A DNA stretch of 64,000 nucleotides. Source: Alphaproteobacteria bacterium (GTDB lineage Bacteria; Pseudomonadota; Alphaproteobacteria; GCA-2731375). The stretch spans positions 1,696,001 to 1,760,000 of the forward strand of contig CBDDPY010000002.1 of the NCBI GenBank assembly GCA_965232515.1. The letters run 5' to 3'. The stretch's first letter is position 1; each line of letters starts with the position of its first letter. The translations under genes and the position numbers were made by a program. Below the pieces are notes generated by a model. That model did not search any database. It was given only the letters and a program-made list of their open reading frames with translations, and was not told where the DNA came from. Below, one piece after another: positions 8,372 to 18,539 of the stretch.

Positions 8372-9226
8372 TCAGTGCTTGAGCTGGCCGATGGTCTGGT
8401 ACATCTCCGGGCGCCGCTGGTCCATCAGCGGGTAGCGGCGCTTGACCTCGTCGATGAAGCCGAGGTCGATCTGCGCCGTGGTCACGCCCTCCTCGTCCGA
8501 CGCCGTCGCCACCACCGTGCCCCAGGGATCGACGATCATCGAGCGGCCGACGAAGGCGATGCCCGACTTCGGCTCGACGCCGTACTGGCCTGAGGCGACG
8601 ACCCAACATTGGTTCTCGGTCGCCCGCGCCCTTAGGAAAAACTCCCAGTGGTCGAAACGCGGACTCAGGAACGCCGAGGCGCAGACGATGATCTGCGCGC
8701 CGTTCAGCGCCAGCTCGCGATAGACCTCGGGGAAACGCAGGTCCGAGCAGACCGAAACGCCAATCGGCGCCAGGTCGGTGTCGAAAACAGGCAGCTCGGC
8801 GCCGGCCTCGACCTTGTCGCTTTCGCGGATACCGCCCTTGATGTCGGTGCGGTCGGGCGCGTCGAACAAATGCGTCTTCCAGTACTTGCCGACGATGCGG
8901 CCCTCGGGATCGATGAGCGGCGAGGAGTTGTAAAAGAGATTGCCGGACTGCTCGTAGATCGAGCCGACCACGTACATGCCGTACTTGCGCGCCTTCTCGG
9001 CCAGCAGGTCCGTCACCGGCCCGGGGATCGGCTCGGCGATCTCGGTATAGGCCTTCTCGCTGCTGTAGCCGAGACCGGTCCAGACCTCGGGTAGCACCAC
9101 GAGCTCCGAGCCGCGATCGCCGGCGACGTCGAGGAAGCCGAGCATCTTCTCGACCGTGGCATCCTTCTCACCATCGACAGCCGTGATCTGCACGGCCGAG
9201 ACCGTCATCCCGCCATTCGTCGCCAT
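8372..9226 (-). CDS. Carbon-nitrogen hydrolase (Nit-like amidase/nitrilase)
   Basis: Catalytic triad motifs LPEVW, YWKTHLFD, VCSDLRFPE; RARATENQ; GGAGG SD. Confidence 0.9.
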   Translation of the reverse strand: MATNGGMTVSAVQITAVDGEKDATVEKMLGFLDVAGDRGSELVVLPEVWTGLGYSSEKAYTEIAEPIPGPVTDLLAEKARKYGMYVVGSIYEQSGNLFYNSSPLIDPEGRIVGKYWKTHLFDAPDRTDIKGGIRESDKVEAGAELPVFDTDLAPIGVSVCSDLRFPEVYRELALNGAQIIVCASAFLSPRFDHWEFFLRARATENQCWVVASGQYGVEPKSGIAFVGRSMIVDPWGTVVATASDEEGVTTAQIDLGFIDEVKRRYPLMDQRRPEMYQTIGQLKH

Positions 9227-9254
9227 GCGCCTCCTCCCGAGCTTGCCGTGCGCC

Positions 9255-10205
9255 CTAGTCCTGCAAGGCTTTCCACATCTCAATGTCGCGCCTGGCGGTC
9301 CAGATGCGCGGATCGTAGGTGCCGGTTACCTCATCATAGCAACGGGTGATGTCGAACGGCATGCAGTGCTCGAAGATCGCCCAGTCGCCGAACTTGCGGC
9401 GCAGGTTCTTGACCGTCGAGTCGTAGGTGCCCTTCAGGTCCTTCTTGGCCTTGACGCCGCGCTCGACGTTGCGGCGCAGCGAGCGCAGGAAGTCCTCGGT
9501 GCCGGCGATCGCCTTTTCGCATTGCGCCGGTGTCTTCAGGGCATCGCCCCGGCCCGGCACCAGCCGGCGCGGCTTTAGCGCACGCACGGCCTTCAGCGTG
9601 TCCGGCCACTCGGTGATATAGGCGTCACCCGCATACGGCGTCGCGCCGTTCTCGACCAGGTCGCCCGAGAACAGGATCTTCTGCTTCGGCATCCAGGCGA
9701 CGATGTCGCCCTTGGTGTGGCCCTTGCCGAGATGCATGAGCTGCACCTCGACCTTGCCGAGCCAGATCGTCATCCGCTCCTTGAAGGTCATGGTCGGCCA
9801 GGTCAGGCCCGGCACCGACTCGACGGACTCGAACAGCCGGGGGAAGCGCTCGACCTCGGACTTGTAGTCCTGCTTGCCGCGCTCCTTGATGAGATCGAGC
9901 GTCATCTCCGAGCAGACGATGTGGTCGGCCTTGTAGGCAGACGCGCCGAGCACGCGGACGGCATGGTAGTGCGTCAGCACGACATATTTGATCGGCTTCT
10001 TGGTGACGCGGCGGACGCGCTTGATCAGGTCCTGCGCCGCGACCGGCGTCGAGCGCGTGTCGATGACCATGACGGCGTCGTCGCCGATGATCACACCCGA
10101 GGTCGGGTCGCCCTCCGCCGAGTAGCTGTAGGCGCCCTCGCCGATCTTCTCGAAGGTTACTTTCTTCGCCGCCATGTCGCCGCGCGACGCAAAGGCCTTG
10201 GCCAT
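9255..10205 (-). CDS. MBL-fold metallo-hydrolase
   Basis: THYHAVR, GHTKGD, FSGDLV; MAKAFAS N-terminus recalled from the family found near homogentisate genes. Confidence 0.85.
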   Translation of the reverse strand: MAKAFASRGDMAAKKVTFEKIGEGAYSYSAEGDPTSGVIIGDDAVMVIDTRSTPVAAQDLIKRVRRVTKKPIKYVVLTHYHAVRVLGASAYKADHIVCSEMTLDLIKERGKQDYKSEVERFPRLFESVESVPGLTWPTMTFKERMTIWLGKVEVQLMHLGKGHTKGDIVAWMPKQKILFSGDLVENGATPYAGDAYITEWPDTLKAVRALKPRRLVPGRGDALKTPAQCEKAIAGTEDFLRSLRRNVERGVKAKKDLKGTYDSTVKNLRRKFGDWAIFEHCMPFDITRCYDEVTGTYDPRIWTARRDIEMWKALQD

Positions 10206-10319
10206 GTTGACTGTCCCCTGTCCCAGGTTTCCGAACGTTGGCCGGCAAGATAGTGGCGCAGGCCAAGCGAGACAAGCGAACCTGGAACGCGCCGTCGTCG
10301 GCTGCTAAGACTCTCGGCC

Positions 10320-11171
10320 ATGATCATCGCCCAGATTACCGACCTCCATGTCTCGACCGAGGGCAGCGCCTCCGACCGGCGCTACCGGACGGCCGAGCAT
10401 TTGCGCCACGCGGTCGCGCATCTGAACGGTCTCGATCCGCAACCCGACGTGGTGCTGGCGACCGGCGATCTGGTGAACGACGGCACAGCCGACGAGTATG
10501 CGCGCCTGAAGTCCATCCTCGACGACATCGCGGCGCCGCTGTTCCTGATCCCCGGCAATCACGACGACCGCGCCAATCTGCGGACGGCGTTTGCCGGACA
10601 CGATTACCTGCCGGCCGACGGCGACTTCCTGCATTACGTGGTGGACGGTCATCCCGTGCGCCTGATCGGGCTCGACACGCTGATCCCCGGCGATCATGGC
10701 GGGCGTCTCTGCGACGCGCGTCTCGCCTGGCTCGACGCACGGCTCGCCGAGGCGCCGTCGGCGCCGACATTGCTGTTCATGCACCACCCGCCGTTCCGCA
10801 CCGGCGTCAACAAGATGGACACCATGTCGCTCGACGGCCGTGACGGCTTCGGCGCGGTCCTGGAAGGTCATGGCCAGGTTCAAGCCGTCATCGCCGGTCA
10901 CGTGCACCGCCCGATGACGCGCCGCTTCCACGGCACGATTGCCGTGACCTGCCCGTCGACGGCGCACCAGATCGCGCTCGACCTGCGCGACGGCCACGAG
11001 CTCGGCGTCGTCATGGAGCCGCCGGCCTGCATGCTGCATACCTGGCTCGGACCCGACGACGGCCTAGTCAGCCACCAGAGCTATATCGGCGCGTTCCGCG
11101 GCGCCACGCTCTTTGACGGCGAACGCTGGCTCTATACCGACACGCCGCATCCATTCGACACATCCGACTGA
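10320..11171 (+). CDS. CpdA/GpdQ-like metallophosphoesterase (phosphodiesterase)
   Basis: TDLH, TGDL, PGNHD, MHHPP, GHVH motifs. Confidence 0.9.
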   Translation: MIIAQITDLHVSTEGSASDRRYRTAEHLRHAVAHLNGLDPQPDVVLATGDLVNDGTADEYARLKSILDDIAAPLFLIPGNHDDRANLRTAFAGHDYLPADGDFLHYVVDGHPVRLIGLDTLIPGDHGGRLCDARLAWLDARLAEAPSAPTLLFMHHPPFRTGVNKMDTMSLDGRDGFGAVLEGHGQVQAVIAGHVHRPMTRRFHGTIAVTCPSTAHQIALDLRDGHELGVVMEPPACMLHTWLGPDDGLVSHQSYIGAFRGATLFDGERWLYTDTPHPFDTSD

Positions 11172-11188
11172 CGGCCGCGACCGCCGCC

Positions 11189-12100
11189 ATGGCCGCCGAT
11201 CCCGCCGACGCGTCCCGCCCTGCCCGCCTGCCGGCCGCCGTCAGCATCGGTTTGTGGATGGCGGTCAGCGCGATCTGCTTCGCCGGCCTGGTCGGCCTGG
11301 TCCGGCATCTCTCGGCCGAGATGGACGTGTTCGTCATCAGCTTCTGGCGTAACGCGTTCGCCATCGCCACGATCCTGCCGCTGCTGCTGCGCGCCGGCGA
11401 AAGCGGCTTGCGCACGAAACGTCACGGCATGTTCCTGACCCGCTCGGCCTTCATGGTGGCGTCGTCGGTGGCGCTGTTCTTCTCAGTGGTCCTGATGCCG
11501 GTGGCCGAGGCGACGGCGCTCAGCTTCACCGCCCCGCTATTCTCGGTCGCGCTGGCTGTATTGGTGCTGCGCGAGAGCGTCGGGCCGCGCCGCTGGACCG
11601 CCATGGCGATCGGCTTCGCCGGCACGCTGATCATCCTGCGGCCGGGCCTGGCCGCCTTCGATCCGGTGGCGCTGCTGGTGCTGTTCTCGTCGGCCATGTT
11701 CGCGGCCGTCGTGGTGACCGGCAAGATCCTCGACCGCACCGAGACGCCGGCCCGGATCGTCGCCTATCTCAACATCTATTCGCTGCCGCTGTCGCTGATC
11801 CCGGCGCTGTTCGTCTGGCAGTGGCCGACCTGGGAGCAGTTCTCCTGGCTGGTGGCGCTGGGTCTGATGGCGAACGGCAACATGTACGGCATCGCACGCG
11901 CCATGCGGCTCGGCGACGCGTCGCTGGCCATGCCGTTCGACTTTCTGCGCCTGCCCTTCGTGGCGCTGGTCGGCTATCTTGCCTTCAGCGAGCTGCCCGA
12001 CATCTGGACCTGGGTGGGCGCGGCGGTGATCTTCGGCAGCGCCGCCTATATCGGTCACCGCGAAGCGCAAGCGGCGGCCGTCAAACGGGAGGAACGGTGA
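11189..12100 (+). CDS. DMT/EamA family transporter
   Basis: About 10 hydrophobic segments; FTAPLF, LRESVGPRRW, ILRPG, PFDF motifs. Confidence 0.9.
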   Translation: MAADPADASRPARLPAAVSIGLWMAVSAICFAGLVGLVRHLSAEMDVFVISFWRNAFAIATILPLLLRAGESGLRTKRHGMFLTRSAFMVASSVALFFSVVLMPVAEATALSFTAPLFSVALAVLVLRESVGPRRWTAMAIGFAGTLIILRPGLAAFDPVALLVLFSSAMFAAVVVTGKILDRTETPARIVAYLNIYSLPLSLIPALFVWQWPTWEQFSWLVALGLMANGNMYGIARAMRLGDASLAMPFDFLRLPFVALVGYLAFSELPDIWTWVGAAVIFGSAAYIGHREAQAAAVKREER

Positions 12101-12101
12101 C

Positions 12102-12953
12102 ATGGCCTTCGAGCATATTCTCTACGACGTCGACGACGGCATCGCGACCATCACGCTGAACCGGCCCGACGTGCTGAATGCCTGGACGCGCCAGATGGAC
12201 GACGACGTGCGGCAGGCGATGTCAAACGCGACGGCCGACGACGACGTGCGTGTGGTGGTCCTGACCGGCGCCGGCCGCGGCTTCTGCGCCGGCGCCGACA
12301 TGGCGCTGCTGAACGACACAATCGAAGGGTCCGGCGGCGCCGCGGAACGGGCCCAGGCGTCGGCCCAGCAATCGGCGCTGGTGCGCGGCCCGGTGCCGGG
12401 CGGCATCGACCCCGGCCCCGACTTCCACCTGCGCTATACCTACTTTCCGACGGTGCCGAAGCCCGTCATCGCCGCCATCAACGGCCCCTGCGCCGGCCTG
12501 GGTCTGATCATGGCGCTCTATTGCGACCTGCGGTTCGCGGCCGACGGCGCCGTCTTCACGACGGCCTTCTCGCGGCGGGGCCTGATCGCCGAGCACGGCG
12601 TCGACTGGATCCTGCCCCAGCTCGTCGGCCTGCCGAACGCGCTCGATCTGTTGCTGTCGGGCCGCCGGTTCCATGCCGACGAAGCGCAGCGTCTTGGCAT
12701 GGTCAACCGGGTCGTCGCGCCCGACGATCTGATGGCCGAGGTGCGCGCCTATGCCGGCGAGCTCGCGACCATGGTGTCGCCGCGCTCGATGCGGGTGATG
12801 AAGGAGCAGCTCTACCGCACCCGCACCCAATCGCTGGGCCAGGCCATCGGCTTTGCCGTCAAGGAAATGGCGCAGAGCTTTCAGAGCGAGGACTTCAGGG
12901 AAGGCGTCGCCCACTACGTCGAGAAGCGCAGCCCCGCCTTCACCGGCCGCTGA
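12102..12953 (+). CDS. Enoyl-CoA hydratase/isomerase family protein
   Basis: GRGFCAGADM, KPVIAAINGPCAG, RRGLIAEHG. Confidence 0.9.
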   Translation: MAFEHILYDVDDGIATITLNRPDVLNAWTRQMDDDVRQAMSNATADDDVRVVVLTGAGRGFCAGADMALLNDTIEGSGGAAERAQASAQQSALVRGPVPGGIDPGPDFHLRYTYFPTVPKPVIAAINGPCAGLGLIMALYCDLRFAADGAVFTTAFSRRGLIAEHGVDWILPQLVGLPNALDLLLSGRRFHADEAQRLGMVNRVVAPDDLMAEVRAYAGELATMVSPRSMRVMKEQLYRTRTQSLGQAIGFAVKEMAQSFQSEDFREGVAHYVEKRSPAFTGR

Positions 12954-12962
12954 GCCACGACG

Positions 12963-13640
12963 TCAGGCCGAGAGGTTCAAACCCATGTCCCAGAACGACG
13001 CCTCCAGGCGGGTGGCCTGGGCAAAGGTCGTCTTCAGCGAGTCCAAGCGCGCCGGCGTCAGGCGGGCATCGGCCAATCGGTCGAGCTGGTCGACGGCGGC
13101 GCGGGCGACCTCCTGGTACTCGTCGCCGGCATACATGTCGATCCAGTCGGCATAAGGATTGCCGTCCTGTTTGGTTGCCGGATCGGCCGCCAGCGCCCGG
13201 CCGATCTCGCCGTAGCCGACAACGCAGGGCGCCAGCGCCACGGCCAGATCGAGCGCATCGCCCGACAGGCCACGCTCCAGCACGTAGCGCGTATAGGCCA
13301 TGGTCGCGGTCGCTTCCGGCAGCTTTTCCATCTCGGCTTCCGTCATGCCCCAGCCGGCGCAGTATTTGACGTGCAGCCCCATCTCGACATCGAGCAGGCC
13401 GCTGACCGTGGCCGCCGCAGCGCGCATGTCGGCAAGGTTGTCGGCCTTGTAGATCGCCAGCGCATAGGCGCGCGCGAAGTGGATCAGGAACAGATAGTCC
13501 TGGCCGAGATAGTGCCGGAAGCTGGCTTCCGGCAGCGTGCCGGCGCCGAGCTGCTTGACGAACTCGTGCTCGCAATAGGCGCGCCAGTCCTCGGCGCAGG
13601 CTTCGCGCAACTGCCCGAACAGCGCGTTGGCGGCAGTCAT
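12963..13640 (-). CDS. tenA: Thiaminase II / aminopyrimidine aminohydrolase TenA
   Basis: [20 protein letters not shown] (catalytic Cys), [16 protein letters not shown]. Confidence 0.9.
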   Translation of the reverse strand: MTAANALFGQLREACAEDWRAYCEHEFVKQLGAGTLPEASFRHYLGQDYLFLIHFARAYALAIYKADNLADMRAAAATVSGLLDVEMGLHVKYCAGWGMTEAEMEKLPEATATMAYTRYVLERGLSGDALDLAVALAPCVVGYGEIGRALAADPATKQDGNPYADWIDMYAGDEYQEVARAAVDQLDRLADARLTPARLDSLKTTFAQATRLEASFWDMGLNLSA

Positions 13641-13972
13641 GACAGCAGCATGTTGCGGGTGGCGGCCGGCAGCCGCACGGTCAGGCCGTCCAGCGCCTCG
13701 GTCATGCGGATCTGACAGCCGAGCCGCGAGGTCTGGGTCAGGCCGAAGGCGAGATCGAGCATGTCCTCTTCCTCCTCGCTCGCCTCGTCCAGCTTGTCGA
13801 AATGGGCCGGCTCGACGATGACGTGGCAGGTCGAGCAGGCGAGGCTGCCCTCGCAGGCGCCCTCGATATCGATGTCGTTGCGGTGCGCGATTTCGAGCAC
13901 CGACAGGCCGACCGGCGCATCGACCTCATGGCGCTCCTGTCCGTCAGCGCTGACGAAAATCAACTTCGGCAT
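13637..13972 (-). CDS. fdx: Adrenodoxin/ISC-type 2Fe-2S ferredoxin
   Basis: [32 protein letters not shown]. Confidence 0.95.
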   Translation of the reverse strand: MPKLIFVSADGQERHEVDAPVGLSVLEIAHRNDIDIEGACEGSLACSTCHVIVEPAHFDKLDEASEEEEDMLDLAFGLTQTSRLGCQIRMTEALDGLTVRLPAATRNMLLS

Positions 13973-14002
13973 GAAACGAGACTCCAAACGGCGCGCCGAC
14001 GT

Positions 14003-15136
14003 TCAGGCGGCGTCGGCACGGTCGCCGAGGCGGCTGTATAGCTCTTCCCAAACGGCGACGAAACGGTCGATCTCGGCCGGCGTCGTGTTCCAGCCCAGGC
14101 TGACGCGGATCGCCGTCATGGCCTCGTCCCGGTCGGCGGCCATGGCCTCCAGCACATGGCTGGCGGCGACCTTGCCCGACGAGCAGGCCGAGCCGGCGCT
14201 AACCGCGATGCCGGCAAGGTCGAACGACATGACCTGAGTCTCCGACGATACGCCCGGCATGGTCAGGCAAGACGTGTTCGGCAGTCGCTCAACGCCGCCG
14301 CCATAGATCCGCAAACCGGGGGCAATGGCGCGCAACCGCCGCTCCATGTCGTCGCGCTGCGCGGCGAGGCCGGCATAGTTGGACAGCCCCGCCTTGGCGA
14401 GACGGGCGGCAACACCGAAACCGGCGATGCCGGCAACGTTCTCAGTGCCGGACCGGCGGCCCATTTCCTGACCGCCGCCGATGATCTGTGCGGCCACCAG
14501 AAAGTCCTGCCGCATGACCAGCGCACCGACGCCCTGCGGCCCGCCGATCTTGTGCGCCGCCAGAGTCAGCAGATCGACGTCCAGTTCGTTCATATCGAGC
14601 GGGATCTTCCCGGCCGCCTGCACGCCGTCGCAATGCACCATGGCATCGTGCGCATGGGCGATGCGCGCAATCTCGGCCACCGGCTGAATGACGCCGGTCT
14701 CGTTGTTGGCCAGCATGATCGAAACCAGGCACGGCTTTTCAGCGGCGGCGATCGCACGCTCAAGGCCGGCAAGATCTACCAGCCCCTCGGCATCGACGGA
14801 CAGGATCACGGCCTCCGGATCCTGCATCACCGCCGGCGCCAGGACAGCCCCATGCTCGGTGCCGGAGACGATCAGGTGGCGATCGCCGAAGCCTTTGAGG
14901 GCCAGATTGTTCGCCTCGGTACCGCCGCCAGTGAAGATGACGTTTTCGGGCTTGGCGCCGACCAGCGCCGCAACCTCGGCCCGCGCCGTCTCCACGACCT
15001 TTCGAGCCGCCTGGCCGGCGCGATGCACGGACGAGGCATTGCCCACCGTCGACATCACCCGCGTCACCATGTCGATGACATCTGGCCGCGCCGGCGCGGT
15101 GGCGTTGTAGTCGAGATAAATCGGATCGTCCGCCAT
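14003..15136 (-). CDS. iscS: Cysteine desulfurase (IscS/NifS family)
   Basis: YLDYNAT, ANNETGVIQP, AHKIGGPQG (PLP Lys), SAGSACSSG. Confidence 0.9.
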   Translation of the reverse strand: MADDPIYLDYNATAPARPDVIDMVTRVMSTVGNASSVHRAGQAARKVVETARAEVAALVGAKPENVIFTGGGTEANNLALKGFGDRHLIVSGTEHGAVLAPAVMQDPEAVILSVDAEGLVDLAGLERAIAAAEKPCLVSIMLANNETGVIQPVAEIARIAHAHDAMVHCDGVQAAGKIPLDMNELDVDLLTLAAHKIGGPQGVGALVMRQDFLVAAQIIGGGQEMGRRSGTENVAGIAGFGVAARLAKAGLSNYAGLAAQRDDMERRLRAIAPGLRIYGGGVERLPNTSCLTMPGVSSETQVMSFDLAGIAVSAGSACSSGKVAASHVLEAMAADRDEAMTAIRVSLGWNTTPAEIDRFVAVWEELYSRLGDRADAA

Positions 15137-15156
15137 GTCGTCGTGCTCCAAAGCGA

Positions 15157-15657
15157 CTAGTGGCGCAGGGCCGGATCGGGCCATTCCTCGGTGGGGCCGG
15201 CGGCCTTGGCCGGACGCGGTGCCGAGATCAGGCCGCTGCTGCCCAGCACCCGGCGCGCGACGACATCGTCGAGCGTCACCGAACTGAGGAACAGATAGAT
15301 TTGGTTGCCCAGCTCTTCCCACAGGTCGTGGGTCAGGCAGCGCTTCTTGTCCGTGCGGCAGCCCTGCGGCGACCCGGGCATGCAGCGGGTGGCGCGCAGC
15401 GGCTCGTCGACCGCGAGCACGATATCGGAGATCCGGGTCTCGGCCGCCGGCCGCGCCAGCAGATAACCGCCGCCGGGCCCGCGCACACTGTTCACCAGAC
15501 CGCCGCGCCGCAGCCGGCCGAACAATTGCTCCAAGTAGGACAGCGACAGTTCCTGCCGGTCGGCAATGTCCTGCAGCGTCACCGGCTTACCGTTGTCGTG
15601 GGCCGCGAGGTCGACCATGGCCATGACGGCATAGCGGGCTTTGCTGCTGAGCTTCAT
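15157..15657 (-). CDS. iscR: Rrf2 family Fe-S regulator IscR
   Basis: LSYLEQLF, SVRGPGGGY, three Cys plus His (C-x7-C-x6-CLTH). Confidence 0.9.
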   Translation of the reverse strand: MKLSSKARYAVMAMVDLAAHDNGKPVTLQDIADRQELSLSYLEQLFGRLRRGGLVNSVRGPGGGYLLARPAAETRISDIVLAVDEPLRATRCMPGSPQGCRTDKKRCLTHDLWEELGNQIYLFLSSVTLDDVVARRVLGSSGLISAPRPAKAAGPTEEWPDPALRH

Positions 15658-15667
15658 GTCGCGCCTG

Positions 15668-16450
15668 TCAGTTCTTGGTTTCCGGACAGTCCGCCTCGTC
15701 GTCGCATTCGTCGACGTCGGCGTCGGCCTCCAGCTCGCTGCTCAGCCCCCAGGCCTGGTCGCGCTCGGCGAGCTGACGCTCCAGCTCTTCGACCCGCATG
15801 GACAGGCTCTGTACCTTGTCGAGCAGGGCGTCCGCGACGCGTTGCACCGGATCCGGCAAATCAGCGCGCGTGCCATAGGCGTCGAACCGGCGCTCGGCTC
15901 CCTCGTCCGCGGACGGCCGGGCCCGGACGATCTTGGCCGGAATGCCTACTACGGTCGCGCCTTCCGGGATCTCCTTCAGCACGACGGAATTCGCACCGAC
16001 GCGGGCGCCCTTGCCGACCTTGATCGGGCCGAGGATCTGCGCACCGGAACCGACGATCACCTCGTCGTCCAACGTCGGGTGCCGCTTCTGGTTAACCTGC
16101 GAGGCGCTGTCGATCGACGGCGCGATGCCGCCCAGCGTGACGTCATGGTAAAGGGTGACGTCGCGGCCGACTTCGGCAGTCTCGCCGATCACCACGCCGA
16201 GGCCGTGGTCGATGAAAAATCCCCGGCCGATCTTGGCGCCGGGATGGATCTCGATGCCGGTCAGGATACGCCCGATCAACGACCAGAACCGGCTCAACAG
16301 CTTGAACCGCTTGAGCCAGAGCCAGTGCGAGCTGCGATAAAAGACAACGGCGTGGAAACCCGGATAGGTCAGGATCACCTCGAGTTTGGAGCGGGCCGCC
16401 GGGTCGCGCTCCAAGCACGCCGCCAAGTCCGCCTTCAGAACGTCGAACAT
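15668..16450 (-). CDS. cysE: Serine O-acetyltransferase
   Basis: [30 protein letters not shown]. Confidence 0.95.
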   Translation of the reverse strand: MFDVLKADLAACLERDPAARSKLEVILTYPGFHAVVFYRSSHWLWLKRFKLLSRFWSLIGRILTGIEIHPGAKIGRGFFIDHGLGVVIGETAEVGRDVTLYHDVTLGGIAPSIDSASQVNQKRHPTLDDEVIVGSGAQILGPIKVGKGARVGANSVVLKEIPEGATVVGIPAKIVRARPSADEGAERRFDAYGTRADLPDPVQRVADALLDKVQSLSMRVEELERQLAERDQAWGLSSELEADADVDECDDEADCPETKN

Positions 16451-16577
16451 TGAACCCATTCCCCTCTTGCCACTTGACAAGCGTGATATTCTGTCCGTCT
16501 CCGGCAGGCGTTGACGTGACGTTGAAGGGCAACGCCATTGCCGCCGGACGGCATTTTCACATGTTAAGTTAGATAAG

Positions 16578-16602
16578 ATACCCGAGTAAATTGGTCAACT
16601 TT
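16578..16602. promoter_or_regulatory. IscR type-1 binding site ATACCCGAGTAAATTGGTCAACTTT
   Basis: 22/25 match to ATASYYGACTRWWWYAGTCRRSTAT; upstream of cysE-iscR. Confidence 0.75.
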
Positions 16603-16721
16603 GCGAGCCGGACGCCAGATGAGCAGCAGCATTGCGGTGGCTGCATGGCGAAACAAGGCTTTTCGACGGAAAACTCGGGCTGAAGAGGGCGCGACCGCAT
16701 GGGCACTGGAGCAACAAACGC

Positions 16722-17372
16722 ATGCCGGAAGTGATTTTCAACGGACCTTCGGGACGGCTCGAGGGCCGTTATCAACAGGGTGAGGATCCGACCTCGCCGA
16801 TCGCCTTGGTTCTGCACCCGCACCCGCAATACGGCGGGACGATGAACAACAAGGTGGTCTACAGCCTGTATCAGATATTTGCCGTTCGGAAATTCGCCGT
16901 GCTGCGCTTCAACTTCCGCGGTGTCGGCCGCAGCCAGGGGACTTATGACGGCGGCACCGGCGAGCTGTCGGACGCGGCCGCGGCGCTCGACTGGCTGCAG
17001 ACCATCGCGCCAAACGCGCGCGGCTGCTGGATCGCCGGCTTCTCGTTCGGCGCCTGGATCTCGATGCAGCTGCTGATGCGCCGCCCTGAAATCAGCGGAT
17101 TCATCTCGGTCTCGCCGCCGGCCAACATCTTCGATTTCTCGTTCCTGGCGCCCTGCCCCTCGTCGGGCCTGATGCTGCACGGCACCGAGGACGATCTGGT
17201 CCCGCCGGACGATGTCCGAAAACTGGCCGACAAGCTGTCGCAGCAACGCGGCATCACCGTCGACTACCAAACGATTTCCGGCGCCAGCCATTTCTACGAC
17301 AACAAGCTGGACGAGATGACCGAGGCCGTCGGCGCCTATCTCGACGCGGCGATGGAGAAAGCCGCGGCCTAA
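16722..17372 (+). CDS. Alpha/beta hydrolase conserved next to isc genes
   Basis: MPEVIFNGP.GRLEGRY, HPHPQYGGTM, GFSFG. Confidence 0.9.
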   Translation: MPEVIFNGPSGRLEGRYQQGEDPTSPIALVLHPHPQYGGTMNNKVVYSLYQIFAVRKFAVLRFNFRGVGRSQGTYDGGTGELSDAAAALDWLQTIAPNARGCWIAGFSFGAWISMQLLMRRPEISGFISVSPPANIFDFSFLAPCPSSGLMLHGTEDDLVPPDDVRKLADKLSQQRGITVDYQTISGASHFYDNKLDEMTEAVGAYLDAAMEKAAA

Positions 17373-18442
17373 GCCGCCGGGCAGTGCAAGCGGCCGCCGG
17401 TGACGGCGGCGGCGACGCCGGTCGTTGACGGCAGGCTGAGCGGCAGGCCGCGCAGGGACCGTACCGCGAGAAACGCAAACGCCTCAGCCTCGATGGCATC
17501 GCCGCGCCAGCCCACGGTCTCAACCGGCTCGACACTGCCCAGAAGACGTCGTAACGCGGCCATCAGGGTCGGATTGTGCCGCCCTCCACCCGTGACCAGC
17601 CAACGGCGCGGCGGTTCGGGCAAATGCGCCATGGCGTCGGCGACGGTCCGGGCGGTGAACTCGGTCAAGGTCGCGGCGCCATCCGCGGCCGATAGCCCGC
17701 GCGCCGGCATGATCGAGAAATCGTCCCGATCCAGCGACTTGGGCGGCGGCGCCGCGAAATAGGGATGGTCGAGCATGGCCGTCAGCACGTCCTCATGCAG
17801 CGCACCCCCTGCCGCGAGCCGGCCGTCGATATCCATGGTCTGGTCGCTATGCTCGGCGACCCAGTCGTCCACCAGCGCGTTGCCGGGACCGGTGTCGAAG
17901 GCGATCAGCTGGCCGTCCGCGCCGATCCAGGTGAGGTTGGCGACACCGCCGACATTCAGCACGGCGACCGGCCGTTCGACCGCCGCCGCGCGGGCGGCGT
18001 GATAGAGCGGCGCGAAGGGCGCCCCCTGCCCGCCGGCGGCAACGTCGGCACTGCGGAAATCGTCCACGACACGGATGCCGGTCAACTCGGCAAGCAGCGC
18101 TCCATCGCCGATCTGCCAGGTCCGACCGGCATCGGGGCGGTGCAGAACCGTGTGTCCGTGAAATCCAATAACATCAATGTTTTCAGCGTTTAATCCGGAT
18201 TTCTTCAACAATTCTTCAATCGCGCCAGCGTGGGCGCGCGTGATCGCCTCCGCAACGCCCTCGATATCGCCGACACCGCCCAGGACGCCGCGCAACCGGC
18301 CGCGCAATGCCGGCCCATAGGGCACGCTGGCGAAGGTGCCGACCTCGGCGACCGTCTCGCCGTCGGTGCGCAGCCAAGCGGCGTCGATGCCATCCATCGA
18401 CGTGCCGCTCATCAGACCGATCGCCGTCCGTACCTCGCTCAT
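17369..18442 (-). CDS. anmK: Anhydro-N-acetylmuramic acid kinase
   Basis: GLMSGTSMDGID, GGQGAP, FDTGPGN, EAEAFAFLA. Confidence 0.95.
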   Translation of the reverse strand: MSEVRTAIGLMSGTSMDGIDAAWLRTDGETVAEVGTFASVPYGPALRGRLRGVLGGVGDIEGVAEAITRAHAGAIEELLKKSGLNAENIDVIGFHGHTVLHRPDAGRTWQIGDGALLAELTGIRVVDDFRSADVAAGGQGAPFAPLYHAARAAAVERPVAVLNVGGVANLTWIGADGQLIAFDTGPGNALVDDWVAEHSDQTMDIDGRLAAGGALHEDVLTAMLDHPYFAAPPPKSLDRDDFSIMPARGLSAADGAATLTEFTARTVADAMAHLPEPPRRWLVTGGGRHNPTLMAALRRLLGSVEPVETVGWRGDAIEAEAFAFLAVRSLRGLPLSLPSTTGVAAAVTGGRLHCPAA

Positions 18443-18539
18443 GCGCTTACCGCCTTGGCGACGTTGTCCGCCGCCCCCTTCTCGTGCTAGATGACGCCGC
18501 CGCACCGGCGACCCTCACAACAGACGTAGCAGCAGTGCC

